Below are positions 29,090 to 42,160 of a stretch of 64,000 nt of DNA, piece by piece. The stretch lies in NCBI RefSeq assembly GCF_009914755.1, contig NC_060933.1; one strand, written 5' to 3'. Position 1 is the stretch's first letter. Each line of letters opens with the position of its first letter. The notes below the pieces were generated by a model. That model had not been told where the DNA came from, made no database searches, and saw only the letters and a program-made list of their open reading frames with translations. A program made the position numbers and the translations under genes. Origin of the DNA: the human T2T-CHM13v2.0 reference genome, Homo sapiens.

Positions 29090-29454
29090 TGAGACAGGTC
29101 CAGAGGACAAGATGTGAAAGGTAGTGAGAGGCCCCTGGCATTGGGAAATGGACACTCTGGACAGTGAGTCATGGATAATAGCACCCTGTGGATCCCTTAG
29201 AAGGCATATCTCATTCCTGGCCCACACAGCAGCAACCAGCCTATGTGGCCAAGATCTTTCTTTCACTAATTAACAAACTACCAGAAATACACTACCCCGG
29301 CTCCACAGGGCTAATTTTTGGTCTGGGGAAAGAAGGCTGAGGGGCACAGGTAGAATGGCTCATACTCTCTCCCTGGGCCCTGCTGGACTAAATTGTGTCT
29401 CCTATGTCATTTAAAACATCACAGTAACCCACGGCCTTTAAGAGTCAACATGAT

Positions 29455-29806
<352 letters not shown>

Positions 29807-30267
29807 TTAGTTTATTGGCTGTTAGTTTTCTCACCTAGAAAATAGTAACACAACTTAGCCATCAGGGGTGTTGTAAGAACAAAATGGGTCAATATGTGTC
29901 TAATGCCAAGCAAAGATTTGGCACATAGTAGGCCCTTGGTAAATAATTTCCAAAAGAAATAGTGGTGTTTGTCTCATCATTGATGACAGAAACTAGGAAT
30001 CATCTATTTGTCCAACACATTCTCAGAACATATTAGGAACTCAATTATTCTTATAGAAGCAGAAGACAAAAAGAGTAAAAAGTGTAGAGAAGGACATAAG
30101 AAGGAGAAAGTGGGAGTTGGGGTGAGAATGAACAGCATTGTGGGGCCCCATTTACTCGGCGAATGCCTGAATCACCACAGTTGTTTCCGAAGTCCAGGAG
30201 GATGAAAGCATGCAGGTCAAGCCTTCACTAAGCCAGATGCCCATGGAGCAGCAGAGGGGTGTGGGGA

Positions 30268-30281
30268 GTTGCCATGGCAAC
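30268..30281. promoter_or_regulatory. Perfect palindromic RFX X-box
   Basis: GTTGCCATGGCAAC in sequence not recognised as repeat. Confidence 0.7.
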
Positions 30282-31723
30282 CGGACCTGGCAGAAACTTC
30301 ACAGTGGGACTCAAATCAAGGTAACTTCCTAAGAGTTCCTGGCTCAGGGAGGTGAGCATAGCATTTAGTAAGTAAGGGTTGTAGACAGCCCTGAGGTGGA
30401 AACTATCTCTCCCATAATACTCACACCCTCCCAAAGCAGGCTTCTTACTGCACTGCTGTTGTAAGATGCAGAGACAGAAAAGGGAACCTCCACTTGCTGA
30501 GTGATTACTATGATCCAGGCACTGTGCCTAGCACTTATCCTTCTTTCCATCCATCCATTCATTTACGAATCCAGCCGATTTTTATTGAACATCAAGTCTT
30601 TTGAGGCACACTGGTCTGGGCATGGGGAAAATAATACTAAACAAAACAGCGAAAGCCCTTGAAGCTTACATGTTAGTGGCAAAGAATTATCTCATTGAAT
30701 CCTCTCAGCTAAGTGTCTCCATCATTTCCATTTTACAGAGAGTAGAAGTGTAGAGCAATTAAATGACTTGTGTAAGGATCACCCAATTTTGTATGTTACA
30801 GAGATTGGATGAGAACTAGTCCTGTTCCAGCCTTTCCCCTGTATCACTACAACTTCCCACTTAATCATGGAATAAGGTCCCAGGATACCCTCATGTAGAA
30901 AGTGTGGCCTTTGGGGTCAGGCATATCTATGTTCAAATCCTGGCTTACCCACAAAATCTCTGTGTGACACTAGCCAACTGATCCATAAGTCTAATAAGAA
31001 AAAAATATTTCCATCTGAAAAATGGGAACAGTGGTCTTTTTTCAGAGCTGATGTGAGGACAGAATAAGATATCCCATGTAATTAGCAAAAAAAAAAAAAA
31101 AGAGCTAAATAAATTAAATGATAGCTGCAGATCATATTGCCTGAGTATTTTTTTTTTTCCAGAAGGCTGAGGTCACAGTTCTCCCTGATTCACATCCCCA
31201 TTTGCAGTTCCTTCCCCATTACTTGCAGGGGAATAAGCTGTGCTGTAGGAATAGCATTCCACCCGGGCATATTGATTGCTGGGACTGGAGAAAGTTAATA
31301 ATCTAATTTTCCTTCCATTTTCCCTCCCTCTTACACCTCAGCTCCTCTCATGGCAGCAGAGAATGGCATAAAATGCATTGCTTAAGAAATTCGACCGGAA
31401 ATAACTCAGTGTTGTTGATCCACACATTGCCTATAATTTGGGGTTTGATTGATTCTTGCTTTGGAAATGCCAGGTTGAGAGGAGAAAATGAAATTTAAGT
31501 TAAATTTGGAATTGAATCAATCACATTTTATAATGAAAAAATAGATCTAACCCCATCAGACCCTTGTGTGTGGAAAACTTAAAGCTGGTACACTCCCATT
31601 GACTTCCTCCTGAGATCCCCAAAGCATGAGAGACCAGGTCCTAGGCTGAGAAGTAATTTATTTCTTAGAGTGGCAAATGGTGTTGTGGTGGGGGAAAGGG
31701 ATTCTAGAAACTGGAGACATTAG

Positions 31724-32152
<429 letters not shown>

Positions 32153-34768
32153 TAGATGTGGATATCTAAATCCAAAGTCTTCCATTTGATACCTGCCTAA
32201 GTTCTGGCAAGTGATGTAAGCTCTCAGAGCTTCAGTTTTCCTAATCTAAAAAAGGGGAGTGATAATCCCTAACTGATAAAGAAGCTGTGTGTTTTAAATA
32301 GGAGATCATAATTACAGCACTAAGCACCATGTCTGACATATACTTAGGGCTCTGTAAGCTCTCAATATATTTCCTTCCATCTCATTTCCTTTAAACCTCC
32401 CTTTCTAATACTTGGCACCTACATGGGCATCAGCAGGATATGTGATACTGTTGCTCATGCTGAAATCCTAACTTTCACACTTACCTGCTGGCCCCCGTGG
32501 ACAAGTCATGTCACATCTGAGACTCAATGCCTTTAATTGGGAATTAGTTCATCCAATAAATAGCTATTTAAGGTGCAAGTACTGTATGCCAGACCTCATA
32601 TTTTATGCTCTCCTATTTCCAGTGCCTATAGCATGCCTGAATATAGTAGGTGCTCAATAAACATCTATTGAATGAATGAATGAGTGAATGCTTAAATGTT
32701 GTTTCCCTTTCTACCAACAGATGTCAGTATTGGAATGCTGCTATTGGTATTTTTTTCTAGCAAACTGATTCACTCACTTTTCCTGGCAAGGTTTGGTTCC
32801 TGCCTGGTCAGAAATCATACAAAAACACCCTTGCAGAGGCCGCCAATCTGCCTGCATATCAGGGTGACCACTGTAGATTGCTGAGTGCCTCATTAACCTC
32901 ACTGAGTGCCCCATGGGATTCCCACAGCACCTGAGCTCTGGTGTCTCTGCTTCTCTGCCATATTTCTGGAAACTGAAATTGGGACACGTCATCTGACAAG
33001 TGCAAGTGTCATACTGGAGGCAGAAAGAAAGAATATTTTAAACTGGGGCTTTCTCAGAAACTGTAGGGTATATGGCCCCATATCCTCAGCCTGTCTCTTA
33101 TATCAGGGGTTTCCATGCACTGCTTTAGTGTGATGTCTCAATATGGGACATATTTTCCTTTATCTTGCACACCTTGGTCCTTGTCTCTCCCCATTTCTCC
33201 CTCTCTATCTTTGTCATGAACTAATCTCTTGTGCTGTCTGACTACGGCACTCTCAAATCTATGGTATCCTTTAAATGATATGTTATTTCCCCAATATCTT
33301 ATCATCTATAGATTTGTCCTTAATAAGATCTAGGCAAGTGTTCATCCACTCTTATTTTCATACTTCCAGAGAAAGAAAACTCAACCCCTACTAAGCATCA
33401 GTTCTATTCTCAGATAGTTTAATGTCTAAACAGCCTTTGAATCTCACTCTATGAGTGAACTTCTGCTGTCCAAATTAAATAGGATATATTTAATATCTCC
33501 TTCCCAGGGCAGCTATTTTGTTAAAGGTGGAAATTAGGTTGCCTTGAGCTTTCTTTCTTCAAACCAAACACTAATAGCTTTATTTTGTTTCTCTAAAGTC
33601 ATATTTTGAGTCCTTTTATTGTACTTTGTATAGATTTGTTTTGCTTAAGATTACTTTCTTAGTAAAGGATGCCATAATAATAATTGTTATTATCATCATC
33701 ATCATCACTACCACTATCACTAGTAACATAGCCACTAACTTAGGTGCCAGACAATAGAACTAAATTTTTGCATGCAGTATCTCATCTAATCTTTACAGAA
33801 ACTTCATGATATTGTTTCTACTATCACTCACATTTTTCGCTATGAGGAAACTGAGGCCATCACTTGCCAAAGAACATGCAGCTTAAAGGTAATAGGGCTG
33901 AAATGAAAAACCATTTGATGTCAGGGTCCAAGCTCTTAACCATCATCCTTCACAATATCTCTATCAACCTGCTAGATGTAGCCTGGGCAGAGCAGAAGCA
34001 ACAAATTTAACTGCTGAGCTGCTATCCGACTTTAGCTTGCCCTGTGGACCTGTGATGACTCTAGGTGAATTTGTGGTGGCCTCATTGTCCCACCTGATAC
34101 CGACCACATGTCTTCAAGAGAACCTCTCCCCATCACAAGGACAAAGTTTAAAATGATGGAAGAAAATGAGAAGGGCTGTCGCTCCTCCTTTCTCAGCCCC
34201 AGAAAATACTATGGGCCTGAAGCAGCTCACTGTGCTACTTGGAGCCAAATGATTATTGACAAAGCCACTGGGGAACACCTTTGGCTAGCTCTGGTCCTGG
34301 GACAAAGACCGTTTCTATAGTGCAGGCCTAGATTGTGGCTGCCTGGTGAAGTTAAAGCCACTGGCAGCTGACATGGAATGGGGCTACAAACGGCTGGCTA
34401 TTTGAATTTCTCTGTGGCAACTGCAGGTAGCTGGGCTTGCAAGTGCAAAGGTCACTACAAGGTGTTGACAATGGTGTTAGAGATGAAGATGATAGAGATG
34501 GTACCGTATTATTTTAGCTTTTATTAGGTTACAGATTATTCTCAAATATCTCATTACCTCTTCAAAATCCTATGTAGTTGGCATTGCTGTTATCCCCAAT
34601 AGACAAATGAGAAGTGACAGTCTTAAAGGTGAACTCATGTTCAAACAACAGAAGAATAATGGGCCTATAAGCCATGTCTCCTGACACACAGCTGAGTGAT
34701 CTTTTCATGTCACTATGTTGCTAGTGTGCAGCCTAAGTCCCACTAGCTGGATATGAAAACAGAAATAG

Positions 34769-35057
<289 letters not shown>

Positions 35058-36228
35058 ATTGCTCTTATAAATGTATCCAAATGCCTCAAAGAGCTAGTGT
35101 AGTATTTCCCACAAAACCAGATGTATCTTGAAAAGAAAATATTTCTATGTTCACAAAATTTTGAGACATGCTATATTCTGCATGTCCCTCTTAAAGCACC
35201 CAAGTATATATCTGGTATTAAAATCCCTAAAAGTCTTTGCATTACATTCTGTTTAACAGGATTCAGCCGAATGTTTCCCTAAAGTATTAAGACATTGCAG
35301 AACCACCATTCTGTGGAACAAGGTACGGAAAAAACGATCTAGTTTAATAATTTATACAAAGGTTGTAAATAATATTAGCAGATCCCAATAATCAACTGGT
35401 GCCCTTATGCCAGGCACTGTGTTAAAGATTGTATGTACATTATCCTATTTAAACTTCTCAACTACCTTGTAAGGCAGGGGTTACCCTTCATTTACAAATA
35501 GGAAAACCAGATTTAACTGGTCACTGGGAAGAGGAAGAGGAAGGTTTTCATGGTCAGTCTGGTCTGAAACCAATGTCTGTATCCTTCTTCTTCCCAAGTG
35601 TTAGAAGAAAATAGAATTTTAAAGTCACAGAGAATACATGCAAGAATGAAAAAGGTAGGCACAACAGATCAGTTCAGGAGGCTAAAGACTATTCAACGTA
35701 TATTTAGCAGGCTGACGAAATGCATTAGTGGAAGGAAAAAGATGCTGTACTCAATAGATTAAATTGCAGTGTGTAGATGAGAAATAGTAGAGAAGATAAT
35801 TCAAAGATCTAAAGCTCTAGAATGGCTCAGAAATAAATGAGAAAGAAGGAGAAAGGAAAGGTGGTGGGGGGTTTCCGATTCATAGGTGACTATCAATCGA
35901 CTGGTGCTGACTTACCCAAAATGTTAATTTTTAAGATACTGTTGTCTGATACCCATATTAGCCCTGTTAGTCTACAGGCTGTTTAGATGCACCACCACAT
36001 TCAGCCCACACCACCGATGAATTGGAGGGTGGCAAAGAAGAGCTAAGGCCAAGCAGTGAGTGCTGAGGAACAGAGCAAAAGAGCAGCCACAGTTTCCATG
36101 GCTACCAAGGACGATCAGGACCAGTCACCTCCCATTTCCATGAAAGGTTCATTTCTAGCTCCTTTGAAAGTCACTGTTCCATTATCTTGGAAGATGTCAG
36201 TGGACTTTGGCCCACACTTTGTGAAAAT

Positions 36229-36331
36229 AGGAGCAGGAGAATAACATTGATTGTGTATTTAGTATTTACTAGGCCTCCTGTGATGGCCTAGTAAATACTG
36301 AATACACAACCAACGTTATTCCCCTACTCCT
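36229..36331. repeat. Inverted repeat with 47-bp arms and a 9-nt loop
   Basis: Arms 36229-36275 and 36285-36331; 42/47 Watson-Crick pairs. Confidence 0.95.
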
Positions 36332-38029
36332 GCTTCCTCCCCTGCTCCCAGCTTCCATGACAATGTTCCTTTACCTACAGAACTTCCTTTATCCCAAAAG
36401 CCCACCGTAAGCACCAGGCAAAGCTGTCCTTACTTGACATTGGGGGAAATGGAAGATCAAAGGGTTTAATTGACTAGTAAGGAACAGAGCTAGAATATGA
36501 ACAGAGCTAGAATATGAACCGAGACCTATTGATACTCAAAGTTCTTTAAAAGCTTCCTCAGCTGATCCTGACCCTGTGAATGTATGGTGTCTAATGGTGG
36601 TCACACTGCTTCTAAAAATAGGGGGCATTTTCACATCTCTGTGCTCCCTCCTCCTCACCTCTTTTTCCTGACAGTGACACTGTGTCATATTCCTAAGAAA
36701 CAATAGAAATGAGGCTTTTCCTGATGGCCCACAAACCCCCTACTGCAGTTAGATTTGCCTGTCTCTTTCCTTGTGACAGGTCATATGCATTCCCCTCCCC
36801 CATATGTTGTCCTTTCTACTTTTCCAACATATCTAAGCAGACCAACTTTCAAGATCAAAGAGAACTCCCATCTCATAGAAGTCTGCCTTCACCATTGCAA
36901 CTCACAAGAACCCATTATTTCTCTTAACCCTATCTTATATATTTTCTGTTCTAATTTGAGCCACAAGACCTCAGAATGGCAAGGAACTAAAAGAGATTTA
37001 ACTACAACAAGTCACACAATGCATTGTTGTGTGACTGACTCCCTCTATAATCATTCAGCCTGCATTTGAGTGTCACCTAAACTTGGAGCTTATTAACTAA
37101 AAAAAAATGATGATGATAACCCTTTCTCTTTTTTTGAGCACTTACTATGCCGGATACATTGTGCTAAATATTTTACAGATATTATTTTATTTGATTAATC
37201 ATAAAAGCTTGCTAGTTCCTAGTTTTGCAAATCAAAAAAATTGACTCTAACTCAGAGTTAGAAAGCTATTGAGAGGCAAACCAGGATTCAAATCCAGATC
37301 TAGATATCAGAGCTCCTAACAGTATTACTATGTAGTCTCTCTTCCCTGGTAGCAATCAGCATAAGAACTACATCAATGCCAAAAGAAAATCTATTCCTAC
37401 AACTATAACCAGCTGAACATATTCCTGTCCTCAAGAGTTCTAAAAACTGGCCCCCACCCCTTCTCTCCAAGGTACCCCTTTGGTTCTAAAAATGGAAAAT
37501 ATGTTGCCCATCATTCTTTTATTTCAAAGACAGATTCTGTCATTTGACTCTCACATGAGGAAAATAGACACAGAGCCAGGAAAAACGGAGCTGGAAGAAC
37601 CCCTTTTGATTAGTTGGCCTAATCCACCATGCTGAAGGTTAGGAAGAGGGCAGGAGGACAGCCACGTTCACAGTCAGATTGCCCAGAGCCAGTCCTGGGT
37701 TCCATCTACCCCAGCTTCCATGACAATGTTCACCATTTGGGGTAGTTGTTGCTGTTTTTGTTGTTTCCTACCTTAACCAATACCTCCTGGAAAAAAGAGG
37801 TATTGGTATAAAAATAAACCATACCCAAACATTCCCACAACATGACCTTAATAAGCTGGTGCACAGTAGATTATGGCAGAGGAAAGAAAATTGACTTTAG
37901 AATTAGAGAAACTTAGGTTCAAATCTCAGCTCTGTCATGCTTTGGTTGACCTTCAGTAAGTCCCATTTTCTTCATCTGTAAAATGGGAATAACATCTACT
38001 CCACAGCATCATTAGAAAGATTAAATAGT

Positions 38030-38326
38030 GGCTGGGCATGGTGGCTCATGCCTGTAATCCCAGCACTTTGGGAGGCTGAGGTGGGCGGATCATGAGGTCA
38101 GGAGATTGAGACCGTCCTGGCTAACGTGGTGAAACCCCGTCTTTACTAAAAATACAAAAAATTAGCCAGGCGTGGTGGTGGGCACCTGTAGTCCCAGCCT
38201 CTCAGGAGCCTGAGGCAGGAGAATGGTGTGAACCCAGGAGGCGGAGCTTGCAGTGAGCTATCACACCACTGCACTCCAGCCTGGGCGAGAGAGAGATTCC
38301 ATCTCAAAAAAAAAAAAAAAAAAGAA
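38030..38326 (+). mobile_element. AluY inserted into a MIR
   Basis: AluY-type gagacc..cctggctaac, gaatggtgtgaacc, ggagcttgcag; TSD AGAAAGATTAAATA at 38014-38027 and 38327-38340. Confidence 0.92.
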
Positions 38327-39040
38327 AGAAAGATTAAATAATTAAATAGCATGACATGCACTGCATAGCAGAAGCTCAGTGAATAGTAAATTTCATCGTC
38401 ATCATCATCAACAAATTTAAGACCAATACATATAAATTCTGTTGTTTGCACTCAAGAGACCACTTATAAAAACTCAGGATGGGTCAGAAATAGGAGACAG
38501 ACCATGTAGACTGGAGGATAGTGAGTTTACAGTAAGGAAAGGTCCAAACACATGCAGAGCACCTACTATATGCAAAGACTCTGCTGGGTTTTTGCACCTG
38601 TTATTTACATTGTTTCTCATAGCAACCTTTAGGTCTTCATTTTATAAATCAGAAAACCAGCTCAGGGAAGAGAAGTGCTTTGCTCAAGGTCATACGCCTA
38701 GTAAGCTGTAGAGCTGGTCATGCGATTCAAAACTGTGTGATGTTCTAAACAGAATATAGACAGGTGGACCATGTTCCAAAGAGAATAACCAGGATTGGAC
38801 TGGATATCATGCCAGGAGAGGACACCAGATGAAGGATTTGGGGATTTTAGCTTTGAAGCAAGAAAGGCTCAGTCAGAGAGGCCTCTTGATAGGGTTGTCT
38901 TCAAAGACATCCAAATATAGAAAGAGAAAAAGGAAACACATATTCTATATGAGAAGCTATTGTGAACCAAGCCTCAAAACCTAGGCACTTGATGTGCACT
39001 GTTTCACTTGCTCCTTAAAACAATCCTCTGTGTAGGTAGT

Positions 39041-39335
<295 letters not shown>

Positions 39336-40667
39336 CTAATGATCTTCTGGGGGTAAATAGCATTATGCTCGTTTTAGAAATGAGAAAAATGAAGCCTGGG
39401 GAGATCAGACACTTGGTTCAAGTTGCACAAGCCATCAGGAGCACTGGATTCAAGCCAGGTCTGTTTCACCCCAGCAACATCCTGGCTCTTCTCAGTTCTC
39501 ACTGGAGTTTGTTGACCATCAAGGGCCCTTGCAGGTTTAAGCAACTCTAAGGAGGTCTGGCCTAAGGAAGCAGGACCCAAGGTTCTTGCTCAGCACCCAA
39601 ACCCTCATTCTGGTAAAGAAAAGAATTGGGGCCTTGCAGGCCAAAGAAGACTCTGTCCTTTCCTGGATGTAGAGGTTCAGCTGCAAACCACCTGGAGATT
39701 TTATTAGAATAAACACACCCATCTCCAGATCCTTAAATCAAGGGGTCTTTTGTTTTTATTTTTTATTTTTGCTTTCTGATCTATTGCCTACTCTTCAGAC
39801 CACTAACATTTTAGCAAAACCATGTATGCATCGTGTTTAAATAGTCATCTGGAGATAAATAGCTTTGCCTTTAGTGGGGGAATATAAGAGAGGATAAAAA
39901 AAGAAAAAAAAAAAACAAAAGAGGAGAAAATGTTCTGTGAAGCCTTTTTGCTCAAACACATTTCCACATGGAAATCTCTACCCATTTCAGGCTGACACTC
40001 TGGTCTAAACCTTTCAAGCCTGCTGGTTTAAATATGTCACTTCCAAAAGAACAATGGCAGTCTTAGCCCAAGGGCCATTCTAGACCCACTTTCTGTCTTG
40101 GTTTTTAGTGTCAAGGAAGTGCCTGAAGGCTGTGCTAAGAGGACTATCTATTCTGGGAGTCTGAAGCCCAAACTTGAATATAGGCTCTGCCATTACTCAC
40201 TGTGCCACCTGGAGCAAATCCCTTCCCCTGGCTGGACTTCTGTCCCCTGTTCATCATAGGAAGAAATCCATTCATTCAACAAATATATATTAAGGACCCA
40301 CTCTGCTGTGAGCTAGGGATACAGAGCTCAGAGCCATTAAATGTTTCAATGTCCAGTGAGGTAGTGGGCCAATAAACAGAGGTAGGAGAGATCAGTGCAG
40401 AGCAGCAAATCCTTAATCCAGATTCAGGGGTCATAGAATGATTACCAAGAGCTGAAGCTTGTAATGTGTGTAAGAGTTAGCTGATGGGAAAAATGGGGAA
40501 TGTGCAGTTCAGCAGAAGGAAACAGCAGGGCACTGTACATAGACTGGAGTGGTGGGAATTTCAGGTACATGCTGTGCAGTGTGGGCAGAAGAAGCCAGAG
40601 AGATAGGCAGGGAACAGCTCATAAAATGTCATAGTTCATTGCAAGGAAAGTGGACTTTCTCCTAGAT

Positions 40668-41003
40668 CAGTGGTCCCCAACCTTTTTGGCACCAGGGATC
40701 AGTTTCATGGAACACAATTTTTCCATGGACTGCAGGAGGTGGGGGAGTATGATTTCAGAATGAAACTGTTCCACCTAAGATCAAGTATTAGTTAGATTGT
40801 CATAAGGAGCACAACCTAGACCCCTTGCATGCACAGGTTACAATAGGGTTGGTGCTCCTATGAGAATCTAACGCTGCAGCTGATCTGAAAAGAGGCGGAG
40901 CTTAGGCTGTATTGCTCACTTGCCCACCGCTCACCTTCTGCTATGTGGCCAGGTTCCTAACAGGCTGCTGACCAGTACCAGTCTGCAGCCTGGGGGACCC
41001 CTG
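40668..41003 (+). mobile_element. MER1B (hAT-Charlie non-autonomous transposon)
   Basis: TIRs cagtggtcccc...ggggacccctg; perfect 8-bp TSD TCCTAGAT at 40660-40667 and 41004-41011. Confidence 0.9.
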
Positions 41004-41206
41004 TCCTAGATGATATCTCCAGTCCTTTCAGGCCAGCTCTGCCAGCACTGTGCAAACCTGAAACACATCTTCATTCATTTACTTTGACAACAAAAATGTA
41101 AGTAAGTACCTAAAAGTGCCAGACATTGTGTTGGGTGCTGGGGATATAGCAGGTACTTCATAATCCCAAAGCGTGAACCATTAGGTATATCAAGATCTGA
41201 AGACTG

Positions 41207-41372
41207 GGCCAGGTGTAGAGGCTCATGCCTGTAATCCCAACACTTTGGGAGGCCGAGGTGAGAGGACCACTTGAGCCCAGGAATTTGAGATCAACCTGAG
41301 CAACATAGTAACACACATATTTTATTTAACATGCAGAATATATTTAGTCTCTATATTTAAAAAACATAAAAA
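41207..41372 (+). mobile_element. FLAM / Alu left monomer
   Basis: Single monomer plus A-tail; TSD AAGATCTGAAGAC at 41192-41204 and 41373-41385. Confidence 0.85.
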
Positions 41373-41639
41373 AAGATCTGAAGACCTATGAAGGATGAGA
41401 TCTACAATATCTACCTCCAGAATGGAGGACAAAGAAAGAAATCTCGTTGAGCAAAGGCAATCTATAAGAATATCAGAGGATATTTACATGAGAGGAGGCT
41501 GAAGAACATCCTGGCTAGAATTAGAGAACATGAAACCTGGTGATAAATCAGTCTTCGAGTACATGGACGTGAACGAGCACATGTCACCTGAAATGAAAGA
41601 AGGATTAGATTTGGAGAAAAGGAAAGAGGGCAAGGGGAC

Positions 41640-42160
41640 TGAGGGAGGTAGTTTCCAAATTGTTCCCAATGGTCTTTGCTTCCTGGTATCCTTGTCCTTG
41701 TGTAAACCCTAGTGACTTGCATATATCAAATGCAAGAAGGTAAATGTTATGCAATGCCACTTCCAAGGTTAGGTTATGAAAGACTGACTTCCATTTAGCT
41801 CACACTCTCTTTGGCTCTTTTTACTTTCTTGCTCTGGTGAAGCCAAATGCCATGTTGAGAGTGGCCCTATGGCCCACATGAGAAGAGCTGAGGATGGCCT
41901 CTGGCTCACGGCTCTCAAGGAACAAAATCCTGACAACAACCATGTAAGTAAGCTGGGAACAGATCCCTCCCCAGTTGAAGCTTGAGGTGATTGCAGCCCT
42001 GGTTGACAACTTCACTGCAGTCTCCTTCGAAGCCCTGAGCTGGGGGACTGATGATATTGTGCCTGATCCCTGCCCCACAGAAACTGTTAGATAATGAATG
42101 TTTGTTGTTTTAAATTCCAATTTGAGGGTGATTTCTTACACAGCAATAGATAACTACTAC
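41640..42160 (+). mobile_element. MLT1F-like LTR
   Basis: gccatgttgagagtggccctatgg...gcagccctggttgacaac...ccccacagaaactgttagataat...acacagcaatagataacta. Confidence 0.75.

Noticed and set aside
36369-37709. Retro-insertion flanked by a 22-bp TSD
   Set aside because: No poly(A) or element ends, and the interior contains ancient MIR fragments.
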